The position numbers and the translations under genes were made by a program. A DNA stretch of 60,693 bases, counting the filler, from Globobulimina sp. (lineage: Eukaryota): NCBI GenBank assembly GCA_003354225.1. It is 18 parts of 18 records of this genome, joined end to end, with 100 filler letters (N's around TTAATTAATTAA, not from the genome) between each part and the next. Parts side by side here need not be neighbours in the genome. Positions count along the whole stretch, not along the records: positions 23,651 to 26,928 come from PIVH01003223.1; positions 27,029 to 30,306 come from PIVH01003224.1; positions 30,407 to 33,684 come from PIVH01003225.1; positions 33,785 to 37,061 come from PIVH01003226.1; 14 more parts are not named here. One strand, written 5' to 3'. This document shows, one piece after another, positions 23,551 through 33,989 of the stretch (the stretch's first letter is position 1; every line of letters begins with the position of its first letter). The notes under the pieces are model-generated. The model ran no database searches. It was not told where the DNA came from and was given only the letters and a program-made list of their open reading frames with translations.

Positions 23551-23650
23551 NNNNNNNNNNNNNNNNNNNNNNNNNNNNNNNNNNNNNNNNNNNNTTAATT
23601 AATTAANNNNNNNNNNNNNNNNNNNNNNNNNNNNNNNNNNNNNNNNNNNN

Positions 23651-24949
23651 TGTACGCGGTTTCTTTCCGAAACTTCCTGCGATGTAAGACTCTATTGTCC
23701 GTATAATGCAGTATGGGGAAGCATTGTTTATTCCGTAGCCAATGGTAGATATCAATGCTATGATTCTGTTTGCTGTCCATGGGATAATTATGATTTTATC
23801 TCCAAAATACCAACAACAGAGCCAACTTCATCGCCAATAATAACTACCAATGGCCCTTCTCAACCACCAACAAACAGTATTAATCCAAGTTTGTCACCAA
23901 CAGAAAACCCAACTTTATCACCAACAGAAGAAGCAAACGAAGAGTCAAACAAAGTGGATGCATTTGCCTTTCTATCTGGTACTTTATTAACCATTTTGGT
24001 TGTGGGCGCCGTAACACTTTTAATATGTATTTTTATTATTTTTATGTGGTTATATGCAAAAAATATGAGAGCTGCAAAAGAGAAGGAAATTATAATAAAA
24101 AATGCGTTGGTTATATTCCTGGCCATTGGTGAATATAATTATCCCGCTGCTGATGATGCGGATGAAGAGTTAAAAAATGCATATTTACCAAATTTAGAAA
24201 TTGATGTGGATCTCAGTAATTTGTCTCAGCTGTTTGGTGCCGAGTTTCTTAATTATACAATATATCCAAACTATGATGAAACTACAAAAACGCAATGGAC
24301 GCAGGATGAGATAATAACTTTATTGACGGACAAAGCGAATTTATTAGAGGCAAATGTAAATAAATTTGATGGTTTATTGGTTGCCATCTCTTCGCATGGT
24401 GTTAAAGATCATATTTGTTGTTCAGATTATAAACTGATTGAAAAACTCGCTGTGCACAGAATATTCTCTCAGAATCATCCGCTGTCCCGAGAGATACCGA
24501 GAATTTTCCTGTTTGATTGTTGTGATGGAGACAAAGAACGAGGTAAAAATATTAAAATTAGGAATACAAATACAGTGAAAGAGGCATTAGAGGATCGAGG
24601 AAAAAATTATACAGTGGAACAAATCGAAAAATTAGAGAGTGTGATTTGGAAACATGATACAAAAAACCCCGACCATCGGCTGGTGGAAATAAATGCTGCC
24701 AATCCAGGATTTCAATCGAAATTAAGTACTGTTAAAGGCAGTTATTTATTGCATGGATTTGTTAAAAAAATGATTGATGATTTGAAGTATAATCGAAATC
24801 AATATATTCATGAGATTTTTGATGATTTACAAAGTGAATTACAAGAACAAGGAAAGCAATTAACGAAAAATACATATAATAATGGCACCAGATATATTAA
24901 ATTACGAAGAAATAATAATAATACTCCAGCAATGCAAATTATGCAATAG
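23651..24949 (+). CDS. Single-pass membrane protein with a Cys-rich ectodomain, P/T stalk and cytoplasmic caspase-like (peptidase C14) domain, 5'-partial
   Basis: The frame is open from the contig start. TM at about 23963-24058, followed by NALVI, DGLLVAISSHG (His), PRIFLFDCCDG (Cys), NPGFQS..GSYLL and GKQL. Confidence 0.82.
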   Translation, partial: CTRFLSETSCDVRLYCPYNAVWGSIVYSVANGRYQCYDSVCCPWDNYDFISKIPTTEPTSSPIITTNGPSQPPTNSINPSLSPTENPTLSPTEEANEESNKVDAFAFLSGTLLTILVVGAVTLLICIFIIFMWLYAKNMRAAKEKEIIIKNALVIFLAIGEYNYPAADDADEELKNAYLPNLEIDVDLSNLSQLFGAEFLNYTIYPNYDETTKTQWTQDEIITLLTDKANLLEANVNKFDGLLVAISSHGVKDHICCSDYKLIEKLAVHRIFSQNHPLSREIPRIFLFDCCDGDKERGKNIKIRNTNTVKEALEDRGKNYTVEQIEKLESVIWKHDTKNPDHRLVEINAANPGFQSKLSTVKGSYLLHGFVKKMIDDLKYNRNQYIHEIFDDLQSELQEQGKQLTKNTYNNGTRYIKLRRNNNNTPAMQIMQ

Positions 24950-25633
24950 AAAATGAAAAGTAATTTTTATAAATTCCAAGCATGCTTTTATGTGAATTCA
25001 TTTTTTTTAATATTTTTATGAGTGTGTGTTTAGATTGGTTTTTCACAAATATTTTATATTAAAGTGTTTCTGTTTTGAGCTGAAAATTTCAAATATGGGT
25101 TGGTTAACAAGGAAAAGAAAACGTCATGGCAAGATATGCTAAATCCAATGTTATGACAAAGAAGGAATGTAATGGCCCTACAACAGCAGCAAAATTGTAA
25201 AAAACAGATAAAAAAAAGATAGACAGACAAATTCAAAAAATATATATGGCAGTTAATCAAACACAAAAAGATTAACATAAAAGTTAATCAAACACAAGAG
25301 ATTAACTTAGACACAATCCAATAAAACTGCATGGCCGAGGGAACTCAACATTGGGTGGATATCAATCAATATGCATAGAACCCATTCAATGAGTAAGAAT
25401 TTCAAATGGGTTCATATATTGAGTTATATCCTTCAGCGCCGTTGATTTCTCTCTTAACCTTTTTTCGTAAATTATGACCTTCGTTTCTGGCTTATTTGTG
25501 CGTAATAAGTACAGTTAATACAGTATACAAACAAACGAACCAGAACCGATTACATCAATTCTTCGGAAATGTTAATTATAATTCTTGAACAATAACGTTA
25601 ATATATATAGAAAAAAAAAAGAGAAGTTTATAA

Positions 25634-26900
25634 TTAATGTATAACAAATCCCATCTTTGTTGCGCTCTGTTTTTTATTCACAGTGTTTGAATCACCAAAT
25701 GACGTAAAATAATCAATTTTCATTGCTTTTAGATCCTCCTCGATTTCCTCTTTGGTAAAGTGAATAAATAACACAGTTATCGAGAATAGACAGATGGAAA
25801 AAGCACAAATAATCCAGGCATTAGTATATGAAATAAGGTGCGGAACGTAGGTAAATAATACTAATGCATACAACATCGAACCTAAAGGACCGCCCGCTCC
25901 GACAATACCCAGACAAAGGCCCATATGTTTTTTATGCGGTAAGCTCGGCACAATGGCAAATACAATACCTTCAGCAATCTGTACGTAAATGCCAAAAAAC
26001 GACATCATTAATAATGAAAATCCAAAATGAAATGAACTATATTCAACAACAAAAACACATAATTGTGCATTTTGAATCGCGTTTGAAACACAAACCTGAA
26101 TGCAAACACCAACAAAAACGCAGATTCAAACACTAAGACAAAGAACAGACAATATATTCTTCCCTGAATACCATATTTTAAATATAAAATATCTGATAAA
26201 TATCCACCAAAACCACGAGCAAATAAACTTAAAAAACTAAAACAAAATGTGATCATACCGCCCGTTTCTATGCTCGTATTGAACTGATTCGCAAAGTAAT
26301 CAACAAAATAATTTAAAACTGTCAGTTCAATGCCGAAGCACAGCGCATATGCTAATGCTAATAGCCAGACGCGATAATCTGACAAAACTCGTTTCCATTT
26401 GTATTTGTTGAATGTACACCAGATCTTTAATGTAATTCGTTCTTTGGATATATTTCCCTTCGGCGTCTCGATGGTATATCTGTAATATATCACCATCACA
26501 ATAAGTAACATTGACGCTCGTACCAACAATGTGAATCTCCAGGCTATATCAGACGATATATGCAATTCATTGATAAACATATTACAAATTGCGGGCGTGA
26601 TAAGCATCGTAACTCCTCCACCTGTTTTTTGTTTAAATGCAATACTTATCAGACGTTGGTTTTTGTTGTCGACATACATACCAAAATTCGCCCAGCCCGG
26701 ACTTAATGCAGTTGCCAGTCCAAGGCACTTAATAGAAAAAAACGAGATAATGTGGTATTGACCGATGACGAAGGAAGCACCCATAATGCCTGCAAAAAAT
26801 GAAAATATTATATATGAGGTGCTGTTGTATGATATGAAGGCTTGGAAAAGTAAGGCAACGCAGGAAATAAATAATAATATTACAGAGGAGTAACGTGCAC
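25634..26900 (-). CDS. NRT2: NRT2/NarK-family nitrate/nitrite transporter (MFS), 5'-partial; introns 26037-26095, 26622-26681
   Basis: GARY, ASFVIGQY, GWANFGGG, YALCFGIELT, FARGFGGYLSD, QIAEGIVFAIVP and GIVGAGG motifs. Confidence 0.88.
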
Positions 26901-27028
26901 CTATTTATATTTTAGCAGGTTAACAAATNNNNNNNNNNNNNNNNNNNNNNNNNNNNNNNNNNNNNNNNNNNNTTAATTAATTAANNNNNNNNNNNNNNNN
27001 NNNNNNNNNNNNNNNNNNNNNNNNNNNN

Positions 27029-27286
27029 TCACATTTTAATATTTATTTTAATTTTATTATTATTATTTTTATTATTTTATTTTATTATTTATTATAATAT
27101 TTTATTATTTTATCATTATCAGCAGGTATGGACAAATCGGCCGCCCTTAAGGGGCGGCCGATTTGTGCACGCCTCCGGCGTGCCCATACCTGCTGATACT
27201 GATAAAATAATAAAATATTATAATAAATAATAAAATAAAATAATAAAAATAATAATAATAAAATTAAAATAAATATTAAAATGTGA
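27029..27286. repeat. Y/T-shaped foldback: 103-bp AT-rich stem with two GC-rich hairpin ears
   Basis: 27029-27131 is the reverse complement of 27184-27286 with one mismatch. Ears: ACAAATCGGCCGCCC-TTAAG-GGGCGGCCGATTTGT (27132-27166) and GCACGCC-TCC-GGCGTGC (27167-27183). Confidence 0.95.
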
Positions 27287-27880
27287 TAATAATTAAATAA
27301 TAATAAAATAATAATAAAATTAAAATAAATATTAAAATGTGGTATTAATTAAATAATAATATAATAATAAAAATAATAATATAACAATAAAACAGTAATA
27401 AAATAATGATTAAATAATAACAAAACAATAAAATATTAAGAAAATAATAAAAATAATAATAAAAATCTGTTCAAAACATAAAAAATAATATACTGGAGTT
27501 AAAATGATTTAAAAATCAATACAAAAACATTAAAAAACATAAAACTTTACAGTGTTTTCAGCAAAATTCATTGGTTATTGGTCACCATGGATTAAAAATA
27601 ATAACTCTGTTGAAAAAAATAAACTCTTGTCTCTTTACTCCTCTGACATGTGGTGGTTAAAAGTTGATATGTTATGAGAAATAGGTTCTTCTTTCTGCCA
27701 TGTTCGATTGTAAAACTTCGTGTTTTTAAACTGTACTTTACTGTATTCTCATTCTGTCACTAAATTTGAATGTTTTTAGTCTACTTTTAATTCTTGACCA
27801 ATACGAGATGTTATCAGATAAAATTTTCAATTTAATACAATAAGACACATCATTAACCCAGTAACCTTCATGATTAATCA

Positions 27881-28562
27881 TTTTGCTTGATTTGAACTGA
27901 TCAGTTCATTAGCTTTCCAAAGATGTATTTCAACCTTACATTTTTAAAAGATAGATTTGTTTCATTAATTACCTGTATTAATTATCGATGGTTATATATT
28001 TTTTAATCAATAATTTTGTTGGATTTGAGCTGATCAGCTCTTTAGCTGTCCAATGATGTATTTCAAAGTTACATTTTTACAAGATGGAATTGTTTCACTA
28101 ATTACCTGTATTAATTATCGATGGTTATGAATTAATAATTAAAAAATTTGCCTTGAAATGAACTGTTCAGCTCATTAGCTGTGCAACGTTGTATTTCAAC
28201 GTTACATTTTTACAAGATAGAATTGTTTCACTAATTACTTCTATTAATTATCGATGGTTATGAATTAATAATTAATAATTTTGCTTGATTTCAACTGATC
28301 AGCTCATTAGCTGTCCAGCGATGTATTTCAACTTTACATTTTTTACAAGATGGAATTGTTTCAATAATTACCTAAATTAATTATTGATGGTTATGAATTT
28401 ATAATTTATAATTTTGCTTCATTTGAACTGACCAGCTCACTAACTGCAGAACGATGTATTTCAACCTAATGTTTTAAAAGATGGAATTGCTTAGTTAATT
28501 ACCTGTATTAATTATAGATGATTTTGAATTCATAATTAATAATTTAGTTTGATTTGAACTGG
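27881..28562. repeat. ~133-bp tandem repeat, 5 copies plus a partial
   Basis: Units start at about 27881, 28014, 28146, 28279, 28412 and 28543. A detached partial copy lies at about 29378-29463. Confidence 0.93.
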
Positions 28563-28975
28563 CATATGTCTTACAATCGATTTTTTGTAATGTTTTTATA
28601 GATACTGCTAAGCTATTATACTGGAATGAAAAGAATAATTGGTTTGATACTAGTGACCTTGAGACGGAAAAGGTCATGCAGTCTGGTCCTTCTTTATTAT
28701 TGCTAAATCATAAAAATGTTACTATATTACTTGATTGACACAAAAGTTGCTTGTAACAGAACCATCCTTGAATACAAATATGTCGCATGACAATCCCCTT
28801 ATTTATATGTTAATGGTAAAAATAAGCCAGTGTTTTTCAAAACGTCCAGCTATTATGAATATTCACTGCATGGTAATAATGGCCTAACACTTATTCTATG
28901 TGAAGGGTTTAGTGTCCCTGGCTTCATAATATATTAACTATCGATGGTTATTAAATGTTATGTTATTGTTTGATG

Positions 28976-29105
28976 GAACAATACATGTCAATCAACTATT
29001 GTTTGGTTGAACAATGCATGTCAATCAACTATTGTTACATTGAACAATACATGTCAATCAACTATTGTTTGGTTGAACAATGCATGTCAATCAACTATTG
29101 TTACA
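28976..29105. repeat. 33-bp tandem repeat x4 (66-bp higher-order dimer)
   Basis: GAACAAT(A/G)CATGTCAATCAACTATTGTT(TGG/ACA)TT in alternating variants. Confidence 0.93.
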
Positions 29106-29464
29106 CAACAATAATACAACAATCATCTATTGTTATGCTGAACATGCGTGACAACAGTTTGGTGTGGTCAACCAATTACAATTTTAGTAATAAAAGTGGG
29201 TAATTTTTACATATTTTTTCACGTTTTACATTTCGATCAAATGACTTCATTTCTTGGTTGCCATGACTACACAGCAGCAGTTTGGGACAGCCGACTTGGT
29301 GTGATTTTATTAACTTAGAACATAGAGAGTAGACCATCATCATGGCCATTTTTTCATCGCGATCGGGTAGGTGCCGAATGATGTATTTCAACCTTTCATT
29401 TTTTAAAACATGGAATTGTTTCCTTAATTAAATGTATTAATAATCGATGGTTATGAATTTATAA

Positions 29465-29822
29465 TATAAAAAGTTAAAAATAAAAAAAATATTCTCATAG
29501 AGAGGTTCGAACCACTCCCCGACCTTCGCCAATGCCGATAAACGTAAAATTATAAAAAGTTAAAAACTAAACAAAAAATTGTTCTCTTAGAGAGGTTCGA
29601 ACCACTCCGCGGCCTTCGCTGATGCCGAAAAGTATAATTATAAAAAGTTAAAAATAAAACAAAAATTTGTTCTCATAGAGAGGTTCGAACCACTCCGCGA
29701 CCTTCGCGGATGCCGAAAAGTAAAATTATAAAAAAAATAAAAATAAAACAAAAATTTGTTCTCATAGAGAGGTTCGAACCACTCCGCGACCTTCCGCGAT
29801 GCCGAAAAGTAAAATTATAAAA
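29465..29822. repeat. ~89-bp tandem repeat x4 containing GGTTCGAACC and a GC hairpin
   Basis: GGTTCGAACC at 29504, 29594, 29682 and 29771, each followed by a variant of TCCGCGA-CCT-TCGCGGA. Confidence 0.93.
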
Positions 29823-29844
29823 ATTTATTGTTTGATTTGAAAGC

Positions 29845-30306
29845 TCATACAGAAATACAAGTCCCAAATTGCTGATCAACTGCAACAACTGTATCGCTAA
29901 AAGCCTTCGAAAGCGCTTGGCCTTTCTGAACCAATTGCATTCTTGATGCTGCACTATCTGGAGCTTGTGCTAAGTCCTGCCAGGCGTTGAAATACTCATC
30001 CATCGATGCTGATAATGAGTATGAGTTCAGCTCAGAGATTGATGATTCAACTTTTAGAAGTTTCTGGTTTTGAGTGCTCCATCTGGATTCTTCGCCTTGA
30101 TCGAAACGAACCTGATTTTCAGCATTGTTATCAATAATTCTTGTTATCTGTTCAAGTTCCATTCCTGTCGGAATCATTCCTGGACTACCAGCCACAGGTG
30201 TGGAAGAAGTATAATCTGCCCTCTGACGGTGATAACCTTCTGTGTTCAGATTAGCGACATTTTGCCCAACAACAGATAAAGCACCTTGCTGTGCAACAAG
30301 ATTCTT
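29845..30306 (-). CDS. flgK: Bacterial flagellar hook-associated protein FlgK, N-terminal fragment truncated at both ends
   Basis: The frame is open from the contig end: QQGALSVVGQNVANLNTEGYHRQR..G...ITRI.D..LSASMDEYFNAWQDLAQAPDSAASR. It terminates after about 150 aa at the repeat array. Confidence 0.88.
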   Translation of the reverse strand, partial: KNLVAQQGALSVVGQNVANLNTEGYHRQRADYTSSTPVAGSPGMIPTGMELEQITRIIDNNAENQVRFDQGEESRWSTQNQKLLKVESSISELNSYSLSASMDEYFNAWQDLAQAPDSAASRMQLVQKGQALSKAFSDTVVAVDQQFGTCISV

Positions 30307-30522
30307 NNNNNNNNNNNNNNNNNNNNNNNNNNNNNNNNNNNNNNNNNNNNTTAATTAATTAANNNNNNNNNNNNNNNNNNNNNNNNNNNNNNNNNNNNNN
30401 NNNNNNTGTTTCATTGATGTTAGTAGTACATACTATATGGGGTTAGGTTCTCAATTGTAACAAGACGAACACATCCTGTAAAAAAAAACAAAAACACGTT
30501 AGTCAGTTAAGTACATATGTTA

Positions 30523-30617
30523 TAAGTAAATGTTCGTCTCATCTTCTCGTCTCGATTAGAAACTGTAAACAAAGATCGCATTGTATTATAAATAAGGATT
30601 AGACGAACATTTACTTA
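30523..30617. mobile_element. Possible MITE / 17-bp perfect inverted repeat
   Basis: TAAGTAAATGTTCGTCT (30523-30539) and AGACGAACATTTACTTA (30601-30617). This can be read as 15-bp TIRs with a TA target duplication. Confidence 0.4.
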
Positions 30618-30760
30618 AGCTTTTTCTCTAACAATTCACAAATGATTAAAAAAAGTTGATCATGAGCAAAATGAAGGTCAAATAGGAAAACTCTAATTGA
30701 TATACAAGAATTAAACACAAGCTTAAGAATTAAACACGAGTATTTTACTGTGAGTCATAT

Positions 30761-32818
30761 TTAATAGATTGGAATGTATTCAATCGGGAAGGAGCTGTTA
30801 TGAAACACCATTTTGCCACCAAAAAATGTCGACACAACATTTGTTTGTAAAATATCCACAACATTTGTGTCCTCATTAAATTGAAATAAATCCCTATCAA
30901 TCAATATAAAATCCGCCAACTTATTGGCTGTGATGGAACCAATAAACTCTTCTTGAAATGAAGCATACGCTGCATTGATAGTGTATGCTTTCAATGCCTC
31001 CATCATAGACACCTTTTCCTTTGGATACCAACCATCGGGCTCAGGATATCCCATCTTTGTTTTCCTAGTCACCGCCGCATAAATACCCAGAAATGGGTTT
31101 ACTTGACCAACCGCTGGGAAATCAGATCCAAACGTCAATTTCACATTGTTTTTCAACATTGATTTCCAAGCATACGCGCCTAGCATGCGATTGTGTTTAT
31201 TTTTATTTCCACATTTTAACCTTTTCTCTGCGAATTCCAAGTCAGACGTCGCATGCGCCGGTTGCATGTTGGCGACAATGGATAACTCATTAAAACGCAC
31301 CAAATCATGAATAGGCTCCACAATTTGGGCATGTTCAATCCTTAAACGTAAACCTGGAATATATTGCTTATCAATTTCATATTCTTTGATTAGTTTCTGA
31401 TACATATCCAAAGCGACACGGTTTGCTCTATCACCAATAGCATGCGTTGAGATTTGCCATCCGGCGGAATACCATTTTTTTATATCATTATAATAATCGT
31501 CAATACGATTATAAATCCATAAACCATCAGTTTCTATTCTGTCACAATACGGATCCAGCAATTTTGCGCCATATGAACCCAAAGCACCATCTAAGAATAA
31601 TTTAACACCGGGCACACTCAAACGATCTCCATACAGAACATATTTATTATAATCGCCTGGTTCATACAAATCCGACCGGAAGTTCTCATCATCATTGTCC
31701 GAGGAACCATGCACATAAACACTTATTTATTTATATTATAAAACGCACAAAAAATATTATTGCGGCAATATATGAAAACAAATGTACCTTAATCGTAAAG
31801 TAAATGAATCGCGCTCTTCATCAATAACGTATTTATACACATTTTCAATAATATCTTTCTGTTCGTCCATGTCATGGACACCAGTCAATCCGTAGCGGTT
31901 ACATTCTTTCATTGCACTGATTAGCATTTTGATATATTGCTTGTTTTTACTTTTATCTTTCTGCTGACCATAGTATGGATGGATATGTTTGGTAACTAAC
32001 CGCTTGGCGTTATCAATAAATAAACCCGTTACTTCTCCCAACGCATTCTTTACGACTTCGCCACCATTAATATCATCCACATTGGGAGGGAATGTGTGTT
32101 TGATTGAATTTAATGCCAAAGTGTTTACTAAAACAGCATGCAAATCGATCCTATATAAAACTAATTTGTATTCAGATAAATATTTATCTAAATCGAAGCG
32201 GGAAGGTTGGCCTTTTGCATTCCAATCGTTCCAACTGTTTTCATCAAAGCCCATTGCTTTTATCCATTCGCCTTTTTGGATGTTATGTTTGCTGATGAAT
32301 TCCTTGATAATTTGTATCGTATTTTCGAAGGATTGCGCTTGTGATATATCAATGGTGTCGGATGACAATGCTCCAAGAAACATAATATGAGCGTGCGAGT
32401 CAATTAAACCCGGCAATATCATGTATTTGGAGGCATTGATGGCACGAACTGTGTTATGTGGAATCTGTAGACATTTGTTGAACAATTTATCCTTATTCTG
32501 GCTGACATAGACAAATTTTGCTGTTGTGACATCGACACAGATAGCCTTGCAATTTGGCATGTTTTCATCCATTGTATATATGGCGCCATTATCATTGATA
32601 ATTATTAACAAATCATGTGGTTGGGATAAGGATGAATAATAATAATTATATGTAAAAAAGGCAGATAATAACAAAATACCGACAGAAAACAATGCAACAA
32701 TAATAATATTGTATGACGTCGCTGATACATTGCTTTTTACATTTGACTCATATTTGGAGGCTTTAGAGAAAGAACTCGGTTTGCTTGATTTAGTTGTCTT
32801 TTTTCTTTCTCTCAGCAT
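30761..32818 (-). CDS. Amidohydrolase family 3 (YtcJ/LAF3-like) with an N-terminal membrane anchor; intron 31722-31787
   Basis: PGLIDSHAH, GLTGVHD, KLFLDGALGS, HAIGDRA, RIEHAQ, GSDFP, YTINAAY and LADF motifs. Confidence 0.92.
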
Positions 32819-33989
32819 GACAGAACAAGCGAGCTAGATATAGGCTGAACTGTGACTGTAGAGTGGTCAAGCTTTTCTAAAAGAATATTAATATACTGTA
32901 AAACACATCACGTTAATTAAAAAAACAAGTACGAAAAAACATATAAAAAATAAATAAAATGATTAATTTGGTTCATTTTTTTTTGAATACCATACCTTTA
33001 ATTTCAGTATCATTGTACACGCGATCCTGATGCTAAATGATGCATATTTCTGTTTATTGCAAATTTCGCGTTAACTCCCATGCCCATGTTTCCCTTTTTT
33101 AACCTAAACATTACAAAACAGAAATTTACAGAAATTTATTTATATTTAATATTCTGATGTGTCATCATTTTTTACTCATATCGATAACATAAAAGACGGA
33201 GTTCACTAATTATAAAACGATGAAATAATGTCTGCTGTGCTCTGGCTCTTAAACAAATTTGAAACCTTGTTATTGAGCATGCCCTTTGGACTACAGCAGT
33301 ATCGATATCATATATAGTACACGCAATATATTTAATTAACTTTCTATCAGCTTTTAATCCATTAAATATCCACTCAAGTTCTGCATAGTGGGTATATGTC
33401 ACAAAAATATAATGTCAAAAGAAATTTCTTTATGAATCATTGAAAAAAATATTTTATTCATAAACAGTTTGAAATATCTATTTTAAATTATATTGCACGA
33501 GTTTGACAGACGATATTGCCATATTTTTTGAGTTGTTTAGGCATAACGTCTAACGCTTGGCTTGTGCATAAAAAAAAACAATGTAACATACACGCATTTT
33601 CATTTGATGCTATAGCAATTAGTAAATTAATTTTTGATTGTATAAATCATCTCGAATCTATATTTTGGAACAATAAAAATATTCNNNNNNNNNNNNNNNN
33701 NNNNNNNNNNNNNNNNNNNNNNNNNNNNTTAATTAATTAANNNNNNNNNNNNNNNNNNNNNNNNNNNNNNNNNNNNNNNNNNNNATTTTATCCGTCTACA
33801 GTCTATATTTATTACACTAATCGAATAAATGTTTAATTATATCAATCATATTTATGTTGAAAAGGATATAATACAGAATTACCTACATTTTTTATATCAT
33901 AAAGTTTTCAGAAACCTTGATATCGTTGCTGGGACGAATAAAATTGTACTTTGCTTTCGATTCAGTTAAATGCACCAATTCTAATATTA

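Noticed and set aside
6107-26900. Nitrogen-uptake or NAD/ADP-ribose 'gene cluster' (Amt, NRT2, pncA, ART, PARP-like)
   Set aside because: The genes lie on different contigs that are adjacent only because of length sorting.
27881-29822. CRISPR arrays in the 133-, 33- and 89-bp repeats
   Set aside because: Whole units are repeated, and there are no unique spacers of uniform length.
29465-29822. Intact tRNA genes
   Set aside because: A B-box/T-loop motif is present, but I could not build an acceptor stem, D arm or cloverleaf.
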